Origin: Nanopusillaceae archaeon
Lineage (GTDB): Archaea > Nanobdellota > Nanobdellia > Nanobdellales > Nanobdellaceae
Direction: 5' to 3'
Assembly: GCA_049973735.1 (NCBI GenBank)
Contig: JBMFJL010000005.1
Span: forward strand, 1 to 20,063
Length of the DNA stretch: 20,063 nt
Within the stretch, counting starts at the first letter, position 1, and every line of letters starts with the position of its first letter. This document shows positions 7,054-16,115 of the stretch, piece after piece. Under the pieces are notes generated by a model. The model saw nothing but the letters and a program-made list of their open reading frames with translations. It searched no databases and was not told the origin of the DNA. The position numbers were made by a program, and so were the translations under genes.

Positions 7054-7272
7054 TTAATTATTGGTTTTATTTTCTCTACGCCTCTCATCCATAAAATATA
7101 ATAAACCTATCAAAGCAAATAACAGTGGTATAGCTATTGTCTTAGTTATAAAATAACTAATTGCTACAATTAACAAGATTATCATTGGAAATATTAACAA
7201 ATCGTGTTTTAGTAATTTCATTTTTCTAGTTATTTTTAAAAACATTTTTAAAGTTATAAAGATTATGGACAA
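7054..7272 (-). CDS. small hypothetical membrane protein (two predicted TM helices)
   Basis: 72-aa ORF. The hydrophobic segments are LLIFPMIILLIVAISYFI and IAIPLLFALIGLLYF. An internal Met (start near 7221) may be the real start, because 7222-7283 must also hold the ileS promoter. No homology recognised, and it could be spurious. Confidence 0.3.
   Translation of the reverse strand: MSIIFITLKMFLKITRKMKLLKHDLLIFPMIILLIVAISYFITKTIAIPLLFALIGLLYFMDERRRENKTNN
7246..7261 (+). promoter_or_regulatory. TATA-like element upstream of ileS
   Basis: TTTTTAAAGTTATAAAG is centred ~29 nt upstream of the ATG at 7284. No Shine-Dalgarno-like purine tract lies in between, which suggests a leaderless or near-leaderless mRNA. 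Confidence 0.35.
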
Positions 7273-7283
7273 CTATCGGATCT

Positions 7284-10200
7284 ATGAATGTAACAAGTTG
7301 GAATAAGGAACTAGAAGAAGAAGTTAGAAGATTTTGGAAAGAAAATAAAATATATGAAAAATGGGTTTTAAAAAATGAAAATAAAAAGGTTTTCAAATTC
7401 TTGGAAGGACCACCATACACAACTGGTTCTCCACATATGGGACATGCGTATAATAGAGTTATTAAAGATATAGTATTGAGATATTATCACAAAAAGGGAT
7501 TTAACATAACAAATCAAGCAGGTTTTGATATGCATGGATTACCAATTGAAGAAAAAGTAGAAAGGAAGTTAAATATAGAAGACAAGAGGCTTATAGAAAA
7601 AATTGGAGTTGATAAATTTATAAAAGAGTGCTTTAATTTTGCATACGGTTCAATGAATGAATTTACAGAATTTTATGAGAAAATAGCACACTGGCAAGAT
7701 ATAGATAATCCATATTTACCAATAAAAAATGAATATATTGAAAAAATATGGGAAATATTGACAGATAGTTATAATAAAGGATTGTTGTATGAGGATAAAA
7801 AACCAGTTTGGTGGTGTCCAAGATGTCAAACTACATTATCAAAGCAAGAAATTGATCTAGGTTATGAAGATCCAAAGTATTCTAAAGCAATAGATAACTC
7901 CATATATGTAAAATTTAAGGACAAAAATAGAAAAAACACATATTACATAATTTGGACTACTACACCATGGACACTTATATTCAACCTTGGAATAATGGTA
8001 AATCCTGAAATAAAATATGTTAAAATAAAAGTACCAAAAATTTACGTAGAAAAATTAGAATTAGATTATAAGAATCATAAAATATTAAATATGGAAATTA
8101 AAAAAGAAAATGAATATGAATATTGGATTGTTGCAAAAGACGTTTTAGATAGATTAATAAGTAAACTTAAAATAGAATATGAAGTTATTGAAGAATTTGA
8201 TGGAAAAGAACTAGAATTAAGCGAATATGAACCGGTATTTTATGAAGAACTTGGAAATATTGTATATGAAATAAAGAATAATAATGGAAATGCATTTAGA
8301 GTTTGGTTATCTAAAGAATATGTTAATACATTAGAAGGAACAGGTCTGGTTCATTCTGCACCAGGTTGTGGACCTGAAGATTGGGAAGTAGCTAGGAAAT
8401 ACAATGTAGATCCATTCAATACTGTAGATGAAACTGGTGTAATAAGAAAATTACCAGCATTTGAAGGATTGAGGGCAAAATTCGATGATGATAAAATAAT
8501 ATACATGTTAGTAAAAAAGAAAGCATTAGTATACTTTGAATGGTATGAACACGATTACCCAATATGTTGGAGATGTGGAACCAGAGCAATAATAAGAACA
8601 ACTGATCAATGGTTTATAAATGTAAACAAACTAAAAGAAAAATTATTATTAGATTTAAATAATGTTACCTTTGTTCCAGAAGCAGCAAAAAAAGCATTTG
8701 AAAACATAATAAGATCTGCCCCTGACTGGGTAATTTCTAGACAAAGATATTGGGGGGTTCCCCTTCCAATATGGAAATGTAAAAATGGTCATGTAAAATT
8801 TGTTAGAAACAGAAAGGAATTAGAAAAACTAACCGGTAATAAATTTAAAGAAATTATACTGGTGGTATCCCACTCGGAATATACAGAAAAATTGCTTAGA
8901 AGATATTATGAAAACAATAAAGTACATTACTTAAATGAAATAAATGATAAAAAAGAGTTATTGGAAATTTTCAACAAATATAATGATAATGATATAATAA
9001 TAGTGAAGAAATTAAATTATGATATTTTAAATAATCTAGATGAACTTTACTTTGTCAGAACATATGGAAGAAGAGATTATGAAATAATCTTCCTGTATAA
9101 TTACAATTTGCACAAGCCATATGTAGATAACTATAAGTTTAAATGTGAAATGTGTGGAGAAGAAATGAGTAGAATACCAGATATATTAGATGTATGGGTT
9201 GATTCTGGTTCAGCAACATATGCTACAGATAACTATCCGGTAGATTTCATAACAGAAAATTATGATCAAATTAAAGGATGGTTCTACTCTTTAGCAATCA
9301 TAGGAGAACTGTTCTATAATAATATACCTTATAAGAATGTTTATGTTGGTGGATATGTTTTAGATGCATTGGGTAGAAAGATGTCAAAATCTTTAGGAAA
9401 TGTAATAAGTCCTTATGAAATAATTAACAAATATTCTTCTGATACTTTGAGGTTATATTTAGGAAGCATAGTAGGACCTTATGAAGATATAAAGGTAAAA
9501 TGGGATGATATAAAAAATAGACATCAAATAATAAACATGCTATTAAATATATTTGTTTATTTAATGGAGTACTCTGAATATTATAAAGTTAATCCGGCTA
9601 AAGTAAATGCAAAAAATTTAAGATGGGAGGATAGATATATGCTACATTTAATAGAAAGTAAGAAAAAAGAGATATATAATGCATTAGATAATTTCTACGT
9701 ATGGAAAGCTGGGAGAATACTACAAGATATGATTACAGAACTTTCTAGATTTTATATAAAAAGTACAAGAGAGAGAATAAAGGAAGATCCAGAAACAGTA
9801 CTATATATTATATATAGGTCTTTATTCGAAATAATAAATGTAGGATCCATAGTAATACCACATATTTCAGAATATATATACCAGAAAATGAGGGAAAAAT
9901 TTGGTCTTAAAGAAGAATCCATATTGTTAATAGATTTATCAAATGTAGAAGAAGATTATATAAATGAAAACATAGAAAAAGAATATGAATTGTTTAACAA
10001 AATTGTAGAATCTGCTTTAGCTCTAAGAAACTCATTAAAAATAAATATTAGAAGACCATTAAAAGCATTATATGTCTATAAGAAAGAATATAGCGATATG
10101 TTATTAAAGATGCTAAATAATGAAGATATTCTAGAATTACTAAAAGATTATCTAAATGTAAAAGAAGTAATATATGGAGATATAGAAAAAGATTTTGCAG

Positions 10201-10517
10201 AAGTGGAAACAAGTATAGGAAAAATAAAGATTGGATATGATACAACTTATTACAAAGAATTGGAAGATGAATGGTTATACAGAGAGATTAGAAGAAGATT
10301 ACAAGATATAAGAAAGAGAAACAAATTAAGGAAAGGACAAAAAGCATTATTTAAGATATATTGTACTGATAGAGTATTTGAAATAATTAGTAAATATAAA
10401 AATAACTTAGAAAGAGATACAGACTCTCTAATAGAGTTATTAAAAGAAAAAAACGATCTAAACAACAGAGAAAAAATAGAAGACTATGAATTTTATTACA
10501 AGTTAGAGGCTTTATAA
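7284..10517 (+). CDS. ileS: isoleucyl-tRNA synthetase
   Basis: 1077-aa ORF. Motifs seen: class I HIGH motif (PPYTTGSPHMGHAYN), KMSKS (GRKMSKSLGN), CP1/editing signatures (WWCPRCQTTLS, WTTTPWTLIFN, GTGLVHSAPGCGPEDW), and DWVISRQRYWGVPLPIW plus LHKPYVD...DVWVDSGS, which are typical of IleRS. Confidence 0.93.
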   Translation: MNVTSWNKELEEEVRRFWKENKIYEKWVLKNENKKVFKFLEGPPYTTGSPHMGHAYNRVIKDIVLRYYHKKGFNITNQAGFDMHGLPIEEKVERKLNIEDKRLIEKIGVDKFIKECFNFAYGSMNEFTEFYEKIAHWQDIDNPYLPIKNEYIEKIWEILTDSYNKGLLYEDKKPVWWCPRCQTTLSKQEIDLGYEDPKYSKAIDNSIYVKFKDKNRKNTYYIIWTTTPWTLIFNLGIMVNPEIKYVKIKVPKIYVEKLELDYKNHKILNMEIKKENEYEYWIVAKDVLDRLISKLKIEYEVIEEFDGKELELSEYEPVFYEELGNIVYEIKNNNGNAFRVWLSKEYVNTLEGTGLVHSAPGCGPEDWEVARKYNVDPFNTVDETGVIRKLPAFEGLRAKFDDDKIIYMLVKKKALVYFEWYEHDYPICWRCGTRAIIRTTDQWFINVNKLKEKLLLDLNNVTFVPEAAKKAFENIIRSAPDWVISRQRYWGVPLPIWKCKNGHVKFVRNRKELEKLTGNKFKEIILVVSHSEYTEKLLRRYYENNKVHYLNEINDKKELLEIFNKYNDNDIIIVKKLNYDILNNLDELYFVRTYGRRDYEIIFLYNYNLHKPYVDNYKFKCEMCGEEMSRIPDILDVWVDSGSATYATDNYPVDFITENYDQIKGWFYSLAIIGELFYNNIPYKNVYVGGYVLDALGRKMSKSLGNVISPYEIINKYSSDTLRLYLGSIVGPYEDIKVKWDDIKNRHQIINMLLNIFVYLMEYSEYYKVNPAKVNAKNLRWEDRYMLHLIESKKKEIYNALDNFYVWKAGRILQDMITELSRFYIKSTRERIKEDPETVLYIIYRSLFEIINVGSIVIPHISEYIYQKMREKFGLKEESILLIDLSNVEEDYINENIEKEYELFNKIVESALALRNSLKINIRRPLKALYVYKKEYSDMLLKMLNNEDILELLKDYLNVKEVIYGDIEKDFAEVETSIGKIKIGYDTTYYKELEDEWLYREIRRRLQDIRKRNKLRKGQKALFKIYCTDRVFEIISKYKNNLERDTDSLIELLKEKNDLNNREKIEDYEFYYKLEAL

Positions 10518-10550
10518 ATATCTTATAAACTTTTTTTATAATATATTGAA

Positions 10551-11120
10551 ATGGTTAAATGGACCATTTCTAACATGGTAGCTTCGCTATCATTTAATAT
10601 AAGGCTACCATTAGATAAAATTGCTGAGAGTTTGCCTTTTGCAAATTATAATCCTGAACAGTTTCCAGGTTTAATCTTACCATTGAAAGATGAAAGCGTA
10701 AAAGCATTGATATTTAATACTGGAAAGATAAATATATCCGGTTTAAGAGATATAAAAGATATAGAGGAAGCCATAGAAAATATTAGAAAAATATTCGAAA
10801 GTATAGGCATAAAATTACCTGAAAAATATGATATAAAAATACAAAATATAGTAATCAACGGAAAATTCGATTATAATAATATAGATATAGTAAGACTGTC
10901 TGAAGAAATTGAAGGAGCATCATATAATCCAGAATCGTTCCCAGCTGTGATTGTACCATACGAAGTTGAACCAAACTATAAAATAAAGTTTAATATATTT
11001 AAAAACGGTAGATTTGTATGTTCTGGAATTAAAGTAAAATCTGAAAAAACATTAAATGAAGAAATAAATAAATTTGTAGAGGAATTCCAAGAAAAAGTCA
11101 TAAAGAAATATGTTAAATAA
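10551..11120 (+). CDS. tbp: TATA-box binding protein
   Basis: 189-aa ORF with two internal repeats. Repeat 1 reads NMVASLSF...YNPEQFPGLILPL...ALIFNTGKINISG. Repeat 2 reads IQNIVINGKF...YNPESFPAVIVPY...FNIFKNGRFVCSG. This matches the archaeal TBP pattern. Confidence 0.88.
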   Translation: MVKWTISNMVASLSFNIRLPLDKIAESLPFANYNPEQFPGLILPLKDESVKALIFNTGKINISGLRDIKDIEEAIENIRKIFESIGIKLPEKYDIKIQNIVINGKFDYNNIDIVRLSEEIEGASYNPESFPAVIVPYEVEPNYKIKFNIFKNGRFVCSGIKVKSEKTLNEEINKFVEEFQEKVIKKYVK

Positions 11121-11151
11121 TTTATAAAATTATCTAAATATATAAGTTCTT

Positions 11152-11772
11152 ATGGCAAAAGATTCAGGAACAACTATAGTAGCAATAAAGTTCAAAGAAG
11201 GAATTATATTAGCATCTGATAGAAGAACTTCTCTCTATCCACTTCTAGTATATAAAAAAGATACTCAAAAAATACATCAAGTAACCGATAAAATATTATT
11301 TGCAGGGGCAGGTGTTGTCGGTGATATACAATATTTATTAAAAGTTCTTAAAGCATCTTTAAAACTTAAAGAATTAAAATCTAGATCTGAACCAACCGCT
11401 GCAGAGGCAGCTAATTTATTGGCAACTATAATGAATTATCACAAATTCTTTCCATTCTTTACAGAAGTAATAATTGCTGGAAAAGATGAAGATGGATATA
11501 AGATATATTCGATAGATGAAGTCGGTGGCTTGGAAGAACATAAAGATTTTATAGCCACTGGTTCTGGCATGCAATATGCATTGGCTGTACTTGAAGTCGA
11601 ATACAAACCAAATTTAGACAAAGAAAAAGCAAAAGAACTTGCTAAAAGGGCGGTATTATCTGCAATTAGAAGAGATCTTGGATCTGGTAATGGGATTGAC
11701 GTTTGGATATTAACAGATCAGGGAATAGAAAGGGAAACTTATACGGTAACAGAAGAACCTATAAAAGAATAA
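11152..11772 (+). CDS. psmB: proteasome beta subunit
   Basis: 206-aa ORF. A short propeptide is followed by the catalytic Thr (MAKDSG|TTIVAIKFKEGIILASDRR). Ntn-hydrolase pattern, with GSG in FIATGSGMQYA. Confidence 0.9.
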   Translation: MAKDSGTTIVAIKFKEGIILASDRRTSLYPLLVYKKDTQKIHQVTDKILFAGAGVVGDIQYLLKVLKASLKLKELKSRSEPTAAEAANLLATIMNYHKFFPFFTEVIIAGKDEDGYKIYSIDEVGGLEEHKDFIATGSGMQYALAVLEVEYKPNLDKEKAKELAKRAVLSAIRRDLGSGNGIDVWILTDQGIERETYTVTEEPIKE

Positions 11773-11819
11773 TTTTTTAAATTTATAAAATTCAATAAAA
11801 AATATTATCTGTCGTTCTC

Positions 11820-13682
11820 ATGATGAATATTAAAGAGGAAATACTAAAGGAATTTAATGAAAATGATATAACCAGGATAAAATACGAAGGAGCCAACGTA
11901 ATAATATATGTAAAAAACATTAATTTATTTTTGAATGGAATAGAAATAGGAAAAAATCTGGCAAAAAAATATAAAAGAAGAATAGAAATTAGAGTTGATC
12001 CTAAACTATTGGAAGATGAAAATAAAATTAAAGAAAAAATATATAAAATATTAAAAAACATTAAAATAAAAGATATATACGTAGAAAAACACAGATCTAC
12101 AGTATACATCGAAACTTTCGAACCACATAAAATAGATTTATCTTTAATTAATATAATCAGAAAAGAAACTTTATGTAATGTTATTATACAAAGGGCTCCT
12201 CTAAAATCTTCAAAAATTATTTCTGTTATTAGATCGTATTTACATAAAAATTCAAAATATAAATCTGAATTTCTCAACTCTGTAGGTGAAAAACTACTAA
12301 TCAGGAAACCAGAAAAATTAAATTATTATAGAATAGCTATATTAGGGGCTGGAAGGGAAGTTGGTAGATCTTCTTTTTTATTACAAACAAAGGAGAGTAA
12401 TGTATTGATAGATTGTGGGCTTGGAGCTGGAAATTATGATGAGGATAGATATCCAATCTTAAATATTCCAGAATTTGATATACAAAATTTAGATGCTGTT
12501 ATAATATCCCATGCTCATTTAGATCATGTTGGATTTCTACCATACTTATTTAGAATTGGTTGGAGAGGTCCTGTATATATGACAGAACCCACAAGAGATG
12601 TTGCCGCACTGGTTTTATTAGATTATTTAAAGGTTAGTAATAGACAGAATAAAACACCTTTATACACAACTAAGGAAATTAAGGAATTCTTAAAACACAC
12701 AATAACATTAAATTATGAGGAAGTAACCGATATAACTGGTGATATTAAGATATCTTTGCATAGAGCAAATCATATAATTGGATCCGCAATGGTTCATATA
12801 AATATCGAAGGAAAACATAATATTTTATATACTGGTGATTACAAGTTTAATGAAACTAAATTACTAGAAAGACCAAATACAAGATATCAAAGACTTGAAA
12901 CATTGATAGTAGAAAGTACATATGGAGGAATTAATGATAAACATCCATCAAGAGAAGAAACAGAAACAATGTTTATTAAAGAGATAAAGGAAACAATTGA
13001 AAGGGGAGGAAAAGTTTTAATACCAGTACTTGCAGTTGGAAGGGGCCAAGATGTATTACTGACGTTAATAAATGCGATGGACAACAATTTATTACCGAAA
13101 GTAAATATATATTTGGAAGGAATAGTGTGGGAAACTACAATGATTCATACAGCATATCCGGAATATTTAAATCAAGAGTTGAGGAACATAATAGAATTGG
13201 AAAAAAACCCATTTGAAAGGGAAAATATAATTAGAGCATCAAAGAAGGAGAGAGAACAAATTGCTACATCAAAAGAACCATCAATAATAATAGCAACATC
13301 TGGAATGATGCAGGGAGGACCAGTACTTGATTATTTCTATTATCTTGCAAATGACGAAAAAAATCTATTAGCATTTGTATCATATCAAGCACAAGGTACC
13401 TTGGGAAGGAGAATTCTCGAAGGAGAAAAAGAGGTAGTAATAAATGATAAAAAGGTTGAAATTAAACTGAAAATAAGAAGATTTGAAGGTTTTTCTGGTC
13501 ATCCAGATAGAGAAGAAACTATAAACTTTATAAGAAATTTGAGACCTAAACCAAAGCAAATCTTTGTAGTTCATGGGGAACAGGAAAAAACTTTTCAATT
13601 ATCTCAAACATTATCAAAGATGTTTAAAGTACCTACTTATAATCCGAAAAATGGAGATATATTAAAGTTAGATTTAATATAA
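11820..13682 (+). CDS. aCPSF1-type RNase (N-terminal KH domains + metallo-beta-lactamase/beta-CASP)
   Basis: 620-aa ORF. A KH-like N-terminal ~170 aa is followed by GAGREVGRSSFLL, HAHLDHVGFLP (HxHxDH), a beta-CASP region, and the C-terminal FSGHPD and VVHGE motifs. Confidence 0.9.
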   Translation: MMNIKEEILKEFNENDITRIKYEGANVIIYVKNINLFLNGIEIGKNLAKKYKRRIEIRVDPKLLEDENKIKEKIYKILKNIKIKDIYVEKHRSTVYIETFEPHKIDLSLINIIRKETLCNVIIQRAPLKSSKIISVIRSYLHKNSKYKSEFLNSVGEKLLIRKPEKLNYYRIAILGAGREVGRSSFLLQTKESNVLIDCGLGAGNYDEDRYPILNIPEFDIQNLDAVIISHAHLDHVGFLPYLFRIGWRGPVYMTEPTRDVAALVLLDYLKVSNRQNKTPLYTTKEIKEFLKHTITLNYEEVTDITGDIKISLHRANHIIGSAMVHINIEGKHNILYTGDYKFNETKLLERPNTRYQRLETLIVESTYGGINDKHPSREETETMFIKEIKETIERGGKVLIPVLAVGRGQDVLLTLINAMDNNLLPKVNIYLEGIVWETTMIHTAYPEYLNQELRNIIELEKNPFERENIIRASKKEREQIATSKEPSIIIATSGMMQGGPVLDYFYYLANDEKNLLAFVSYQAQGTLGRRILEGEKEVVINDKKVEIKLKIRRFEGFSGHPDREETINFIRNLRPKPKQIFVVHGEQEKTFQLSQTLSKMFKVPTYNPKNGDILKLDLI

Positions 13683-13703
13683 TTTTTGTAGAATTAAAAA
13701 TCA

Positions 13704-14297
13704 ATGAAATATAAATATATAGGGATAGATGGTATTGATGGATGTGGTAAAACCACAATAATAAATTTATTGAAAGGTTTTTTAGAGAACAAAGGTTATA
13801 AAGTATTTGTAAAAAAAGAACCAGATATTTTAAGAGATAAAATTAAAGAAATAATAAATAATGATCATAACTTTGATTTCTATAGTGGTATAAATTTGGC
13901 TATATTATTTTCTGCTGACAGATACTTACAAAACAAAATAGTTTTAGAAAAATTAAATCAGGGATATATTGTATTATCTGATAGAACTTACTTATCCACT
14001 TTCGCCTATCAGTCAATATATGAAAATTTTGACATCGATTGGTTAATAAATTTAAATAAATATTTAATTAAGCCTGATATAGTTTTTATTTTAGATCTGG
14101 ATCCGGAAATTGCATTGAATAGAATTAATATAAGAGGTGATCAAAAAACTTCTTATGAAAGATTGGAAATTTTAAAAAAGGTTAGAGAAAAATTTTTAAA
14201 CTTAGATAAAATAATTAAGGATCAAAAAATAGTATATATTAATGCTGATAGATCTCCAGAGGAAATTCTCAAAGATATTACAAGTTATTTAGTATAA
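13704..14297 (+). CDS. tmk: thymidylate kinase
   Basis: 197-aa ORF with P-loop GIDGIDGCGKTT, a DRY-type motif (SADRYL) and the typical length. Confidence 0.82.
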   Translation: MKYKYIGIDGIDGCGKTTIINLLKGFLENKGYKVFVKKEPDILRDKIKEIINNDHNFDFYSGINLAILFSADRYLQNKIVLEKLNQGYIVLSDRTYLSTFAYQSIYENFDIDWLINLNKYLIKPDIVFILDLDPEIALNRINIRGDQKTSYERLEILKKVREKFLNLDKIIKDQKIVYINADRSPEEILKDITSYLV

Positions 14298-16029
14298 TAT
14301 TGTATATTTCCTTTCCAATAATTTCTTCTTTATTTTTAAAGTCTGTTAATACATTTTTTAATATTTCTATTGTGTCGTTAATTATTTTTTCTTTTATTTC
14401 AGTTTTTGGATTGTTTTGTAATCTTTCCAATTCTTTCTCCATCTTTCTAGTTAGTTCTACATCTAAAATTTCTGGATAATATTTATCTAAAATTTCAATT
14501 ATTTTCTCTCCTAAACGCGTGATTTTTATCGATTTTCCCTCTACATATTTTCTCCTAAATAATGTGTTAATTATTTCTGCTCTAGTGGATTTTGTTCCAA
14601 TATTCAATTCTTCCATTTTTTTCAATAAAGAAGCTTGATTATATCTAGAAGGTGGTTTTGTCTTTTGTTTCCTTATATTTATTTTGTATATTTCCAATCT
14701 TTCTCCAACATTAAATCTATGATTTTCATATGAATCTTTTAATATATTCCAATATACTTCTAACCACCCTTTTTCTAATATATTCTTATATTCGTAGTAA
14801 AAATTCTCCTTTGTTCTCACAGTATATATAATTTCTACAGCATTGTCATGAAATGTTGCAATAAATCTTCTAACAACTAAATCATATAATAAATACTCTT
14901 TTTTATTCAAATTTTCTGGTATTATTCCGGTAGGATGAATTGCTGGATGTACATCATCTTTTTTGCCATTATTTGGCTTCAAATATGGCTTTCTAAGTAT
15001 TTTTTCCACAAAATATCTATAATTCTTTATCGAAATTAAATTATTGAATATCTCTGTAAAATTTATAGTATCTGGCAATTTTTGAGATGATGTTCTTGGA
15101 TATGATATATATCCTTGTTCATATAGACCCTGTAATATATCTAAAGTGCTTTTTGGAGATATTTTATATAACTTATATGCATCAATTTGTATATCGGTTA
15201 AATTGTAAGGATGTGGGGGGCTAACTATTTCTTTCTTTGTACCTATAAATGATATATTTAAATATTTGCCTAAAGATTCTTTTATTTTTCTAGCTTCATC
15301 TGGATTTTTTATTTTTTCATTAACATATTTAAATTTTAATATTTTATCATCTTTTTTTACTAATGCTTCTACTTTATAATATTCCTCTGGTACAAAATTG
15401 ATAATTTCTTTTTCTCTATCTTCAATTAATTTTAGTGTCGGTCCTTGAACTCTTCCTATACTGAGTATAAATTTTCTATTATAATGCCACAAAGCTTTTG
15501 TTAATGCTCTGGATAAATTTATACCATATAACCAATCAACAATGTGTCTAGTTTCTCCTGCCATATAATAACCTTTATTTAAATTTCCCAGGTTATTAAA
15601 AGCTCTTACAATATCTTTATAGGTTATTGCCGAAAAAATCATTCTTTTAGCCTCTCTATTATTAAAAACAAACCTCAATATATTATATCCTATCAGTTCT
15701 CCTTCTATATCATAATCTGTAGCTATTATTATTTCTTTTTCATTTGAAAATCTCCTAAACATCTCTATATATTTTTTCTTTACATATATTCCATCCTCTA
15801 TATAAGATGGAACCCACTCATACTTAAATGTTGGATAGTTATAATTTTTATCTAGATCTGATACTGTAAATAAATGTCCTATTGATGGAACTACAAAATA
15901 ATTTTTGTTTTCCTTTCTAAAATAATAATAATAAACTGTCTTAGAGAATTCTATTCTTTTAAAATTATTATTCGATAAGAATGATGCAATCTTCCTTGCT
16001 ACCGATGGCTTCTCTGCAATTATTAACAT
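14278..16029 (-). CDS. topA: type IA DNA topoisomerase (Topo III-like core)
   Basis: 583-aa ORF. Motifs seen: Toprim LIIAEKPSVARKIA, acidic cluster IIATDYDIEGELIG, and active-site tyrosine box GYISYPRTSSQKL. The protein contains no cysteine at all, so it has no C-terminal zinc ribbon. Both the Toprim and the catalytic Tyr are in one polypeptide. Confidence 0.9.
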   Translation of the reverse strand: MLIIAEKPSVARKIASFLSNNNFKRIEFSKTVYYYYFRKENKNYFVVPSIGHLFTVSDLDKNYNYPTFKYEWVPSYIEDGIYVKKKYIEMFRRFSNEKEIIIATDYDIEGELIGYNILRFVFNNREAKRMIFSAITYKDIVRAFNNLGNLNKGYYMAGETRHIVDWLYGINLSRALTKALWHYNRKFILSIGRVQGPTLKLIEDREKEIINFVPEEYYKVEALVKKDDKILKFKYVNEKIKNPDEARKIKESLGKYLNISFIGTKKEIVSPPHPYNLTDIQIDAYKLYKISPKSTLDILQGLYEQGYISYPRTSSQKLPDTINFTEIFNNLISIKNYRYFVEKILRKPYLKPNNGKKDDVHPAIHPTGIIPENLNKKEYLLYDLVVRRFIATFHDNAVEIIYTVRTKENFYYEYKNILEKGWLEVYWNILKDSYENHRFNVGERLEIYKINIRKQKTKPPSRYNQASLLKKMEELNIGTKSTRAEIINTLFRRKYVEGKSIKITRLGEKIIEILDKYYPEILDVELTRKMEKELERLQNNPKTEIKEKIINDTIEILKNVLTDFKNKEEIIGKEIYNIILNNL

Positions 16030-16115
16030 ATTTATCTATTTGTATGTTATTTTTAAAATCAATATCGATCTGTAATAAAAAATAAAAGAGACAAAACGCA
16101 TATTAACAAATAGAC

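Noticed and set aside
7054-7272. 72-aa membrane ORF considered as a DsbB/VKOR-like partner for the adjacent DsbA-like protein.
   Set aside because: It has only two predicted helices and no cysteine residues, so it cannot be a thiol-redox partner. Even its coding status is uncertain.
7284-10517. Alternative identity of the 1077-aa class I synthetase as ValRS or LeuRS.
   Set aside because: SRQRYWGVPLPIW, the N-terminal WKENKIYEK-type start, LHKPYVD and the overall length fit IleRS. ValRS usually shows SRQLWWGH, and LeuRS lacks the WCPRC...TTTPWT arrangement seen here.
11792-12277. Long antisense ORFs in the track. Examples are 11792-12277(-), 18227-18793(-), 2813-3268(+), 4671-5069(+), 578-919(+), 1761-2063(+), 19140-19418(+), and those at 10048-10465(-).
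   Set aside because: Each lies entirely opposite a strongly supported gene. Their translations are low-complexity F/I/L/S-rich strings, as expected for shadow frames in AT-rich DNA, and none has a recognisable motif.
14278-16029. Topoisomerase ORF considered as the topoisomerase half of a split reverse gyrase.
   Set aside because: The N-terminal Toprim reads LIIAEKPSVA and the Tyr box reads ISYPRTSS, both Topo III-like. They do not match the VESPxKA / HRTDS-type patterns I associate with reverse gyrase and Topo I. No helicase remnants are adjacent.
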